From a virus (taxonomy: Duplodnaviria; Caudoviricetes), in IMG/VR virus record IMGVR_UViG_3300048579_000191, positions 1 through 44,638 of that record: a DNA stretch of 44,638 nt. One strand, 5' to 3'. Of the stretch, positions 35,615 to 44,242 are shown piece after piece. The notes below the pieces were generated by a model. That model was not told where the DNA came from. It did not search any database and saw nothing but the letters and a program-made list of their open reading frames with translations. The number at the start of each line of letters is the position of its first letter. Within the stretch, counting starts at the first letter, position 1. The position numbers and the translations under genes are program-made.

Positions 35615-36937
35615 CTAACCTTGTAGTCTGGCGCCCTTCTTCCCCGTCGCCATCTCCCACCGCCGCACGGCCACGTCGCAATAGACCGGGTCCAGTTCCA
35701 TCGCATAGCAGCGCCGCCCAGCGCGTTCGGCGGCGACGATCTGGGTGCCAGAGCCGCAGAACGGCTCGTAAATCAGGTCGCCGGGATCCGAGAACGCCGT
35801 CAGCACCGCCTCGACCAGCGCCACCGGGAACACCGCCGGATGCGATCCTGCCGCACCCAACCCGCCTTTGTGTCGCATGATCCGGAATACGCTGTCAGGA
35901 ATGCGGTGGCTTTGGATCGCGTTGCCGGTGCCGGTCTTGGCGTGCACGGTACCGTCGGCCCCGCGCAGCCCACCGCCGCCGAGGGTTTCGCCTGCGTGCT
36001 TGGACGGGACCGTCTTGTGAGGTTTGCGGGGCGCGCGGTTGAAGTGGAAAATGAACTCGTGCGACGGGGCCAGACGGCCGTTCCAATCGCCCGGCAATCC
36101 GGGGCCCTGATCCCAGACATACCAGCCAAATCGCCGCCAGCCAGAGCCGCGCATCCATTCGACCCATCCTTCCCAATAGGGCTGCCATTCGCTGTCGCGG
36201 TGCACGAGGCCGAGGTTGACCAGAACCTGCGCGTCCGCTGTGACTGGGGCGGCGGCGAACACGCCCTGCATCAACGCATCCCAATCGCCGACCTTTTCCT
36301 TGGCCGCGCCATAGTCGCGCTGCTGGGCATAGGGTGGCGAGGTGAACATCAGCGCGGCTTCTGTACCCTGCATCAACCTAGCGACAGCTGCCGGATCGGT
36401 GGCATCGCCGCAGCATAGCCGATGCTTGCCCAGCGCCCAGATGCCGCCCGGCTTGGTGATCGGTTCGGCGGGCGGTTCTGGTATGGCATCTGCTGCGTCG
36501 TCGGAAATCGCCTGTCGGTCGTCGGCATCGGCAAGCAGCGCGTCCAGCTCATTCTCGGAGATCCCGATCAGCCCGAGGTCAAAATCCTCGGCAAGCAGCG
36601 CCTGCAGCTCTTGAAGAAGCAGTGCCTCGTCCCAGCCGCCCAACTCGGTCAGTTTGTTGTCCGCGATGCGATAGGCCCGGCGTTGGGCTTCGGTCAGGTG
36701 GCCGAGCACGATGACCGGGGCCTCGGTCATTCCCAGATGGGCCGCCGCCAGAATGCGGCCATGGCCAGCGATCAACTCCCCGTCGGCGGCCACCAGCACC
36801 GGCACGGTCCAGCCAAACTCGGCCATGCTGGCCGCGATCTTGGACACCTGATCGGCGTCGTGGGTCTTGGCGTTGCGGGCGTAGGGTTTCAGCCGGGCGA
36901 GGGGCCAAAGTTCGATCCGGTCGGGTGGCATCATCAT
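35615..36937 (-). CDS. ParB-like N-terminal domain + N6/N4 amino-DNA methyltransferase
   Basis: LKPYARNAKTH, LIAGHGR, TSPPY catalytic motif, HPAVFP, EPFCGSGT. Confidence 0.93.
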   Translation of the reverse strand: MMMPPDRIELWPLARLKPYARNAKTHDADQVSKIAASMAEFGWTVPVLVAADGELIAGHGRILAAAHLGMTEAPVIVLGHLTEAQRRAYRIADNKLTELGGWDEALLLQELQALLAEDFDLGLIGISENELDALLADADDRQAISDDAADAIPEPPAEPITKPGGIWALGKHRLCCGDATDPAAVARLMQGTEAALMFTSPPYAQQRDYGAAKEKVGDWDALMQGVFAAAPVTADAQVLVNLGLVHRDSEWQPYWEGWVEWMRGSGWRRFGWYVWDQGPGLPGDWNGRLAPSHEFIFHFNRAPRKPHKTVPSKHAGETLGGGGLRGADGTVHAKTGTGNAIQSHRIPDSVFRIMRHKGGLGAAGSHPAVFPVALVEAVLTAFSDPGDLIYEPFCGSGTQIVAAERAGRRCYAMELDPVYCDVAVRRWEMATGKKGARLQG

Positions 36938-37437
36938 CGCGCGGGTTCGGCCAGCGGCGTGCAGATGATCAGCGTGGTTCGGCCGGGGAGATACCAGCTT
37001 GGGAAATCCTCGGGCCAGGTGACGCAAAGCCCGTAAAGCGCAGCCGTGGCCATGGTATCCTGACGCTTCGCAGCATCGAAGTTGCCGTAGAGATGGGCTG
37101 CCACCGCGGCGGCTTTCCTGTCCTTGCGGTAGAAATACCCGTGATCGACGAGCTCACGCGGCCAGGGATCGACGTGATATCCGCGCCCATTGAACAAGCC
37201 GCGCCGCGCCAGCACCGAGGGTGAAAAGTCCGATTTCGACAATCGCCAGCCATGACGCTCGCCGAACAGCATGGCGAGGCGCTGACGCGTGGCGCGCAAA
37301 TCCTGATAAATGGCGTCGCTCTGACGTTGGCCTTTCGCGTCGCAGAATTTCTGCTGATAGTCAGTCACCGCGCTGGCGAGAGCGGCAATTTCGTCAGGGC
37401 TTGTTGCAGCTTGCTGGAGGACGAAGGGTCTGTTCAT
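36934..37437 (-). CDS. Hypothetical protein between the two methylases
   Basis: 167 aa (MNRPFVLQQ...), ATGA-coupled at both ends. Confidence 0.7.
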   Translation of the reverse strand: MNRPFVLQQAATSPDEIAALASAVTDYQQKFCDAKGQRQSDAIYQDLRATRQRLAMLFGERHGWRLSKSDFSPSVLARRGLFNGRGYHVDPWPRELVDHGYFYRKDRKAAAVAAHLYGNFDAAKRQDTMATAALYGLCVTWPEDFPSWYLPGRTTLIICTPLAEPAR

Positions 37438-38693
37438 GCTGCCAGCCTCTTGGCCTTCAGGTCGGCGAAGGTTTCGCCGGTGTCCGCCAGCACGGCATTG
37501 GCGCCGGTGAATTGCTGCCAGCGATCGATCGCCACATCGACATAGGCCGGGTTCAACTCGATCCCGAAGCAAACACGCCCGGTCGTTTCCGCCGCGATCA
37601 ACGTGGTGCCGGATCCCATAAAGGGTTCGAACACCGCCTGACCCGGGCTGGAATTGTTCAGGATAGGGCGGCGCATGCACTCGACCGGCTTCTGGGTGCC
37701 GTGGACGGTGGCGGCATCCTGATCCTTGCCGGAAATGTGCCACAGCGTCGTCTGCTTGCGGTCCCCCGCCCAATGGCCCTTGCCGGTCTTTTTGACCGCA
37801 TACCAGCAAGGTTCGTGCTGCCAATGGTAATCGCCGCGGCTCAGCACAAGCCGGTCCTTGGCCCAGATGATCTGCGACCGGACGGCGAAACCTGCTGCCA
37901 GCAGGCTTTCTGCCACGGTCGTGGCGTGCAGCGCGCCGTGCCAGACATAGGCCACGTCACCGGGGAACAGCGCCCACGCTTCGCGCCAGTCGGCCCGGTC
38001 GTCGTTCAGCACCTTGCCGGTGCGTTTGGTTTTTGCCGCACCCGCCTGGTTGCGCCAGGACGGGTCGTATTCCACGCCATAGGGTGGGTCGGTGACCATC
38101 AGCAGCGGGCGCACATCCCCCAGCAACCGCCCGACCACATCAGCGGAGGTGCTGTCACCGCAGATCAGCCGGTGCGATCCGAGCTGCCAGAAATCGCCTG
38201 CCACCGACACTGGCGTGACCGGCGGTTCGGGGATGTCGTCCTCACCCTCGATTGCACTGACTTCTGCCTGATCCGGATCGCGCAGCAGGGCGTCCAGATC
38301 TTCGTCGGTGATCCCGAGAAGCGACAGGTCAAAATCCTCGGCCAGCAGCCCCGCGATTTCGTCGCGCAGCATCGCCTCGTCCCACTCGCCCAACTCGGTC
38401 AGCTTGTTGTCTGCGATCCGGTAGGCCCGGCGTTCGGCTTCATCGAGGTGGCCGAGCCGGATCACCGGCACCTCGGTCAGCCCCAGCATGATGGCGGCCA
38501 ACACCCGGCCGTGCCCCGCGATCAGTTCACCATCGTCGGCCACCAGGCACGGCACGGTCCAGCCGAACTTCGCCATGCTGGCCGCGATCTTGGCGACCTG
38601 GTCCGTGCCGTGGATCTTGGCGTTGCGCGCATAGGGGCGCAGCCTGTCGATCGGCCAGGTTTCAATCTGGTTCGGCGCAAAGACCAGGTCCAT
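37434..38693 (-). CDS. ParB-like N-terminal domain + N6-adenine DNA methyltransferase
   Basis: LRPYARNAKIH, LIAGHGR, TDPPY, HGTQKP, EPFMGSGT. Confidence 0.94.
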   Translation of the reverse strand: MDLVFAPNQIETWPIDRLRPYARNAKIHGTDQVAKIAASMAKFGWTVPCLVADDGELIAGHGRVLAAIMLGLTEVPVIRLGHLDEAERRAYRIADNKLTELGEWDEAMLRDEIAGLLAEDFDLSLLGITDEDLDALLRDPDQAEVSAIEGEDDIPEPPVTPVSVAGDFWQLGSHRLICGDSTSADVVGRLLGDVRPLLMVTDPPYGVEYDPSWRNQAGAAKTKRTGKVLNDDRADWREAWALFPGDVAYVWHGALHATTVAESLLAAGFAVRSQIIWAKDRLVLSRGDYHWQHEPCWYAVKKTGKGHWAGDRKQTTLWHISGKDQDAATVHGTQKPVECMRRPILNNSSPGQAVFEPFMGSGTTLIAAETTGRVCFGIELNPAYVDVAIDRWQQFTGANAVLADTGETFADLKAKRLAA

Positions 38694-38900
38694 CGGGTAG
38701 CTTTCATATGGGGCAGGGCGGGCAAGCCGATGCGCGCCGGGCGATGCCAGCGTCAGGATCAGGATCCGCGATGTCGGGAAATCAAAAGCGCCCGCGAGGG
38801 GGTTCCTCCGGGCGCACTTCTTCGATGATCAAGGGGTAGGTCAAGATGGGCAGCTTTGTCAAATGAAAAAATGAAGTGGATTCAACAGCTTCAATGCAGG

Positions 38901-39132
38901 TGGCTTCCGCTGCCTGGCTTCCGACGTGGTGGCTTCCGCAAACTGGCTTCCCTGGATTCCGCAAAGAATCCAGCGAGCCAAGATCGTGATTCCGCAACCC
39001 TTTGATAACGAGTCGCTTTTCCCGAGGTCACCCGGCAGGTGGATTCCGCCTGGCTTCCCCGGTGCGACTGCCTGTCGCTAGCGAAACGCCGCGCTGCGCC
39101 CCCCCGCATACAAACAGGGCCGGGGAGGAACC
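38901..39132 (-). other. Putative cos (packaging) site with repeats and an IHF site
   Basis: Lambda cos-like sequence at 39132-39079, seven TGG(C/A)TTCC repeats, and IHF consensus TATCAAAGGGTTG (39007-38995). Confidence 0.55.
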
Positions 39133-39239
39133 ATGCCAGGGGGGTAGTCAAGAAACGAAAGCGCCCGAGACGGTTTCCTCCAGGCGTAAATCTTCGCGGG
39201 TCAGCGAGCAGGCCAATCGGGCAGGGTTGTCAGGGGTTA

Positions 39240-40097
39240 TCAGGAGCGACGTATCGGAATGGCTTCGGAAACTTTTTGAACTGCTCCGTCCCGGACCACT
39301 TCTGTTGTTCTGACCGTCTCGACGCCTGCGTGCCCAACTGTGATCCTGACATTGTTCAGTTCTGCGGGCATGCCACCAAAGCAGCGGCTGAGGGCATCAA
39401 GAAAGCCAACGTTAGCGATTGGCTGCGGGTTGGGACTGGCGTTATTCCTCGGGCTTGGTACGGTCGAGGGAAATAGATAGATGCATGGCGGCGGCAGACG
39501 ATATGGGCCGACTTCCGTGAAACGCTCTGGGTTGTTGATGACTTTGGGACACGGCCGAGAGATCGTGCCGCAGATCCAGTCCCAAACGATCAGACCATCG
39601 ACGCGCTGATTTCTCGAAATGATTTCTGCAGAAAGTCGTGTGTGGATCCCTGACCAAACGTTGTGGCGCGGATCGGCACCGGGGTTCGAACAGACGCTCC
39701 AAAGAATGAATTCATCAGCATGTGAAGGGCGTTCGAATATGTTTGTGTTGTTCCCGTCCAAGCACCCTTTCAATTCTACGACAGATGTTCGGCCGTCATT
39801 CAGCGTTATGCTGTAATCGTGGCGATTTTCACCACCCGCTGACATCCAATCTTCGATCAATGCTTGGTCTTGCATGTGATTGAGAATGGCCGCGACGAAG
39901 TCGCGCTTCGGCCGCATCGTTGCAGAAAACTGGCCGCGAATGCGTTCAATGCTTCCGCGAAATAGCCCGGACTGATAGAAATCGTGCTCTTCTAGGCCAT
40001 GAGTCCCGAGCGTGTGCGATTGAGTTTTCAGGACCTCGGCAAACTCGACGATTAAGTCCCGAAGGGCCTCATTTTTCGCGCACGGAATCACACTCAT
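39240..40097 (-). CDS. Putative type II restriction endonuclease
   Basis: RHDY...VVELKG fits PD-(D/E)xK; overlaps the 3' end of a C5 methyltransferase gene. Confidence 0.65.
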   Translation of the reverse strand: MSVIPCAKNEALRDLIVEFAEVLKTQSHTLGTHGLEEHDFYQSGLFRGSIERIRGQFSATMRPKRDFVAAILNHMQDQALIEDWMSAGGENRHDYSITLNDGRTSVVELKGCLDGNNTNIFERPSHADEFILWSVCSNPGADPRHNVWSGIHTRLSAEIISRNQRVDGLIVWDWICGTISRPCPKVINNPERFTEVGPYRLPPPCIYLFPSTVPSPRNNASPNPQPIANVGFLDALSRCFGGMPAELNNVRITVGHAGVETVRTTEVVRDGAVQKVSEAIPIRRS

Positions 40098-41229
40098 CTG
40101 TCTCTCTTTCTTCATTAATCTTGTGAGAGACTATCGGTTCGATGATGTGCTTTGCAATATGCCGAACCACCGGCACCGCGACGCCGTCGCCCGTCAGATG
40201 ATAGGCTTCGTTGTAGGCCTCTGGCAGCATGTATGCATCCGGAAGCCCCATCAGCCGCGCGGTTTCCCGGGTTGAAATGAGGCGCGAACGGATCAATTCG
40301 CCCTCGACCACCAGGATGGACTGGCGGGATGATCCGCCGCCAGGTGTGCGAAGACAGCCCGCAATGTCGTCGAAACGAACTTCAGCGCGCTGAACTTTGA
40401 CCCCCTGTTGAAAACGGGTTCGCTTGTAAACGCCGCCAACCATCCGCACCCCGGACGCCTGGGCGGTTTTGACCTTCGCCAGGTTGACCTCCGACATCAT
40501 CGACAGCAGTTGGCGTGTTTCTGCCTTCGTGTGCCAGCGCACTGAAGCTGGAGCTTCTTCAATAACATCCGCAAAACGCATCTCCCGACGATCTGGCTTT
40601 GGCATCTTCCACCAGATCCAGTTGTGCTGAAGTCGCTCAGGGAGGGCACAATACGACCGACGAAGCGCAGTAGTGTGCCACGGTTGAGATGGGCCGTCCG
40701 AAGCGCCAACGACCTTTACATCACTGCGCGTCGCGATGACGAATAGTCTGGGCCTAGACTGCGGGACAAAGAGTTCAGCATCTACGACAACTGCCCCATA
40801 CTTGTAGCCCAGACCGTCAAGGGCTTCACAGATGGCTGTGAAGTCCTTTCCGGCATGGCTTGTCAGAGTGCCAACAACATTTTCCAATGTCACAACCTTC
40901 GGCGCGCGATCATCATCCTTCAATGATTGGATCTGCGAGATGAATGGCCAGAAAGTGCCTGATCTATCACCGCGCAGGCCAGCGCCGCCGCCAGCCAACG
41001 ACAGGTCTTGGCACGGGAAAGATCCCCACACCAAATCTGCAGTTCCTGGCAGGTCTTCAGGTGCTATGTTGCGAATGTCATCGACAACCAGTTCGGATTG
41101 ACCCCAGTTGCGTTTGTAGGTTTCGCCTTTCTTGCGGTCAAAGTCATTGGCGAACAAACACTTCCAGTCTGCGCCAAGCCCGGCCCTTGCCATACCTGCA
41201 CCAGCAAAAAATTCATAAAAGCTAGGCAT
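40069..41229 (-). CDS. DNA (cytosine-5) methyltransferase
   Basis: FFAGAG (I), GSFPCQDLS (IV), LENV (VI), QSRPR (VIII), ETARLMGLP (IX), GDGVAVPV (X). Confidence 0.95.
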   Translation of the reverse strand: MPSFYEFFAGAGMARAGLGADWKCLFANDFDRKKGETYKRNWGQSELVVDDIRNIAPEDLPGTADLVWGSFPCQDLSLAGGGAGLRGDRSGTFWPFISQIQSLKDDDRAPKVVTLENVVGTLTSHAGKDFTAICEALDGLGYKYGAVVVDAELFVPQSRPRLFVIATRSDVKVVGASDGPSQPWHTTALRRSYCALPERLQHNWIWWKMPKPDRREMRFADVIEEAPASVRWHTKAETRQLLSMMSEVNLAKVKTAQASGVRMVGGVYKRTRFQQGVKVQRAEVRFDDIAGCLRTPGGGSSRQSILVVEGELIRSRLISTRETARLMGLPDAYMLPEAYNEAYHLTGDGVAVPVVRHIAKHIIEPIVSHKINEERETDECDSVREK

Positions 41230-41336
41230 TCGTCACTCCCGGTTCGTGTCTGTTGTGCCCTAGTCAAGAGAACATTTCAAGATTTTTAGCCCAGAAATCC
41301 TGCGCAAAGGTTGACATGGGGTTTGGACTGCCCGGT

Positions 41337-42032
41337 TTAGGGGAAAGTGTGTGCACCCATTACGGGTTTGTGTCGGCTTGGCAACCATGGCCGCACCTTC
41401 GGCATCGCCGCCGTCACATCCATATCTCGCAGCATCCCGCCTGCCACCAGCCCATCGCGCACCCAATCCAGCCCCTGCCACCAATCGTCATATCCGCGTC
41501 GTGCGGATGCGATCTGCTCCGGATGCGGTCGCCACATGACCGGGCAGGCGAGAATCTCCACGCTGCGCCAGCGCCCGCGATGCAGGACGCGTTCCACGCC
41601 CACCACGACCGTGGTGGATCGCTCACCATGCTGGTTGGTCTTGGTTTCCACTGGCACGCAGCGCGGCACGACGCCCGGTAGCCAGTCGGGCGTCATGCCC
41701 CCACGCGCCAGTTCGGCGATGTAGATCGCCATGCGTTTGCCGCCCAAGCTATCTGGCATCCCGGCCAAAGTCGCGGCCACGATCTCAGCATCCTCATGGG
41801 TGTAGGACTGCGATTTATGGCCACCGCCGTCGACCTTGCATCCCAATCGCGCACGCTGGATCAGCACGTATTCCATGCCAAATCCGAAGCCTTCTTCGTC
41901 GATGTCCCGCCGCAGCGGCAGGTCCAACTGCGCCTTTTCCACCCGGAACGTCCATTCCAACGCCGCCTGCACGCCCAGTGCGCGTTTGACCTTTTTGCCG
42001 CCTGCACCCCCAATCCGTCCTTGCATGCTCAT
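41337..42032 (-). CDS. Conserved phage hypothetical protein (position of a late regulator)
   Basis: 231 aa, last gene of the replication/methylase operon; YTHEDAEIVA motif. Function inferred from position only. Confidence 0.7.
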   Translation of the reverse strand: MSMQGRIGGAGGKKVKRALGVQAALEWTFRVEKAQLDLPLRRDIDEEGFGFGMEYVLIQRARLGCKVDGGGHKSQSYTHEDAEIVAATLAGMPDSLGGKRMAIYIAELARGGMTPDWLPGVVPRCVPVETKTNQHGERSTTVVVGVERVLHRGRWRSVEILACPVMWRPHPEQIASARRGYDDWWQGLDWVRDGLVAGGMLRDMDVTAAMPKVRPWLPSRHKPVMGAHTFP

Positions 42033-43291
42033 GGCAGCATCCCTTCAAAGAGGTTCATCTGTGCCGGGCCTTCGGGCCCACCGGTCGGTCGCCAGATCCA
42101 GGGGCCGGAGGCCATGGGCAGAAGCGAGAGAGCGCCACGCATGTGCTGCTGCCAGAGGGTGAACTCCATTGCCGAGCAAGCGCAGAGCGCGTGACCGATG
42201 GGCCAGCCCATCAACCAGCCGACGAACAGCGGGTTCAGTCGCCGCCGCGCCCGGGCTTTCAAGATCCGCCGCGATACGACACGCCCATGCGATGCAATCA
42301 TCGAAGCCCACAGCGGGCGCGAGGTCGGGGCGTGATGCGAGGGCTGCAGCCCATGCCGCGTGATCGCCGGGGCCGGGCGGGTGAAGCCCTGCTCCGCCCG
42401 GTAATGCAGGATATCCATCCGGGACTTGCCATCGGCCCGGGTCACGCTGGCCGGGCTGCTGCCCTTCCAGTTCTGCGCGGCAGGCGTCGGCCACTGGATC
42501 GCCTGCGCACTGAGTTTCGGTTCGCCCCGGCTGTTGATCTTGCCGCGCAGCCGGTCGACCTGATCGTCGGCCACCGGCGTTTGCCATTGTGCCGCCTGTG
42601 CTGGCAGCGGCGGCATCCCGCCCGAGCCATAACTCTGGCCCGGCCCACCCTTCGCACCGTCTGTTGCTTTGGGCGTCGACCAGTTGATGATGCCCAGCGC
42701 CAGCGCTTCTGCCTTGCGGGTAAAGTCGCTGTTCCCGGCCGGATTGTAGTTGGCCGTGCCCGGATGCAGGCTCATCGGTGTGGGCCAGGATGAAGATGCG
42801 CAGCCGCTGGTGTGGCGCGCCAACTTCTGCCGCGCTGAACAGACCCGCCGCAGGCGTGTAGCCCAGACCCCAAAGCTCTCGCAGGACGGATTCAAGGCCG
42901 AGGGTGACATGGCCTGAGACGTTTTCGAGAAAGACCCATTCGGGGGCACATTCCCGCACGATGCGGGCGACATCTGGCCAGAGGTGCCGGGGGTCGTCGG
43001 CGCCACTGCGCTTCCCGGCCGCGCTGAAGGGTTGGCAGGGATATCCGGCGAGAATGATGTCGAAGGCGCCGCGAAAAGGGATGGCATCGAAACTGCGGAG
43101 ATCATCCCAGATTGGGGCCGGGGCGAAATAGCCTGCACGCTGGGCGGCGATGAGGACAGTACGCGGCCATTCCTCCCACTCGACGAAGGCGCGGGTGTGA
43201 AAACCGGGTTCGGCGAGCATGACGCCCATATCCAAGCCTCCGCCGCCTGCGCAGAGGGACAATCCGTGCCGGGGACGTGACACCATGCCAT
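42029..43291 (-). CDS. Overprinted second-frame protein carrying the C5-MTase TRD-like repeats and motif IX
   Basis: 420 open codons on the same strand as the MTase, four W(P/S/Q)TP repeats, RRLNPLFVGWLMGWP, C-terminal QMNLF. Its stop is ATGA-coupled to the next gene. True start uncertain. Confidence 0.7.
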   Translation of the reverse strand: MAWCHVPGTDCPSAQAAEAWIWASCSPNPVFTPAPSSSGRNGRVLSSSPPSVQAISPRPQSGMISAVSMPSLFAAPSTSFSPDIPANPSARPGSAVAPTTPGTSGQMSPASCGNVPPNGSFSKTSQAMSPSALNPSCESFGVWATRLRRVCSARQKLARHTSGCASSSWPTPMSLHPGTANYNPAGNSDFTRKAEALALGIINWSTPKATDGAKGGPGQSYGSGGMPPLPAQAAQWQTPVADDQVDRLRGKINSRGEPKLSAQAIQWPTPAAQNWKGSSPASVTRADGKSRMDILHYRAEQGFTRPAPAITRHGLQPSHHAPTSRPLWASMIASHGRVVSRRILKARARRRLNPLFVGWLMGWPIGHALCACSAMEFTLWQQHMRGALSLLPMASGPWIWRPTGGPEGPAQMNLFEGMLP

Positions 43292-43295
43292 TCAC
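42045..43295 (-). CDS. Phage DNA (cytosine-5) methyltransferase, catalytic chain lacking motif IX
   Basis: SLCAGGGG (I), GYPCQPFS (IV), FLENV (VI), HQRLRIF (VIII), RLLGNGV (X). GTG start overlaps the upstream stop. Confidence 0.9.
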   Translation of the reverse strand: MNGMVSRPRHGLSLCAGGGGLDMGVMLAEPGFHTRAFVEWEEWPRTVLIAAQRAGYFAPAPIWDDLRSFDAIPFRGAFDIILAGYPCQPFSAAGKRSGADDPRHLWPDVARIVRECAPEWVFLENVSGHVTLGLESVLRELWGLGYTPAAGLFSAAEVGAPHQRLRIFILAHTDEPASGHGQLQSGREQRLYPQGRSAGAGHHQLVDAQSNRRCEGWAGPELWLGRDAAAASTGGTMANAGGRRSGRPAARQDQQPGRTETQCAGDPVADACRAELEGQQPGQRDPGRWQVPDGYPALPGGAGLHPPGPGDHAAWAAALASRPDLAPAVGFDDCIAWACRIAADLESPGAAATEPAVRRLVDGLAHRSRALRLLGNGVHPLAAAHAWRSLASAHGLRPLDLATDRWARRPGTDEPL

Positions 43296-44242
43296 CGGAT
43301 CCCCCGCTCGCGCAGGCGTTCGGCCGTAACCAACCCCCGGCCAAGCATGGCATCGCGCATGGTGTTGCTGATCGCGCTGACCGGCAGGTATCCGTCCGCG
43401 TTGACGAGGTTGGCGTAGAAGGCGGGCAGGTCAGTGATCGGCTTTGCCGCCGGTGCCGGTTCGGATTTGCGCTTGCGACGCTTCTGCCCGGCTGCTTCGA
43501 CCTTGCGCTGGGCGGCGCGCTGCATGGCGCGGTCCAGCGCCTTGGGCCCATCGGGCGGTTCGGGGTGTTCCTGGCGGGATGCCTCGGCAGCGGTGACGAT
43601 TTCCGCCTCGGTCAGCCCCAGCTCATCGCGCCAGCGTTGGACGTGCAGCCGGGGCGGCCTGCCTTGCCACCAACCGGGCAGGGCGGTGGGATTGAGGCCC
43701 AGCGCATCCAGCACTTCCCCGAAAAACTGATCAGAGATCGCCGCGCACGCTTGCGCGCCCTCCTCCTCCTTTACAGGTTTACTTAGGGGTTCTCTTACAA
43801 GGTTAGTCTCCGGATTCCGGAGATGGCTTTGGGCAAAATCCGGAGATGGGTTTACTGAGAATCCGGAGATGGCTCCATGTCCGGAATCCGGAGTTGGGTC
43901 GCCGTCTTGTTCCTTGTCCGTTCCGTCAAACCCGTCTCCGGTTTCCGGAGTTGGCTCTTGTGGAAAACCATCCTCGAATCCCAGGATGTAGCGTGTGGCC
44001 TGCCGTTTGTGGGTGCGGGGATCATGGATGCGAACACGGTGGATCAGGCGCAGTTCTTCGAGCCGCGCGAGGTGTTCGTTCAGCGCCGAAATCGACATTT
44101 CGGCATCGTCGGCAAGCCGCGCCTGCGTCGGGAAGCAGCCGAAGTCCGGGTTGTGCCGGTCACACAGGAACCAAAGTACGATCTTGGTGGCGGGTTTCAG
44201 CCCGCGTTGCTGGATGGCCCAGACAGTTGCCTTGTGGCTCAT
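43292..44242 (-). CDS. Phage replication initiator (N-terminal HTH_36-like domain)
   Basis: MSHKATVWA...KIVLWFLCDRHN...CFPTQARLADDAEMS, with a low-complexity middle that contains DNA iterons. Confidence 0.85.
   Translation of the reverse strand: MSHKATVWAIQQRGLKPATKIVLWFLCDRHNPDFGCFPTQARLADDAEMSISALNEHLARLEELRLIHRVRIHDPRTHKRQATRYILGFEDGFPQEPTPETGDGFDGTDKEQDGDPTPDSGHGAISGFSVNPSPDFAQSHLRNPETNLVREPLSKPVKEEEGAQACAAISDQFFGEVLDALGLNPTALPGWWQGRPPRLHVQRWRDELGLTEAEIVTAAEASRQEHPEPPDGPKALDRAMQRAAQRKVEAAGQKRRKRKSEPAPAAKPITDLPAFYANLVNADGYLPVSAISNTMRDAMLGRGLVTAERLRERGIR
43816..43954. repeat. Iterons of the phage replication origin
   Basis: TCCGGAG(A/T)TGG at 43816, 43839, 43862, 43887 and 43944. Confidence 0.8.

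Noticed and set aside
37221-38828. Long plus-strand ORFs (535 aa here; also 19960-21342, 18657-19913, 26602-27747, 9241-10443)
   Set aside because: They are antisense shadows of real genes in high-GC DNA, with no motifs or RBS.
38901-39058. Short repeats as a CRISPR array
   Set aside because: The units are 8 bp with irregular spacing and there are no cas genes; protein-binding sites fit better.
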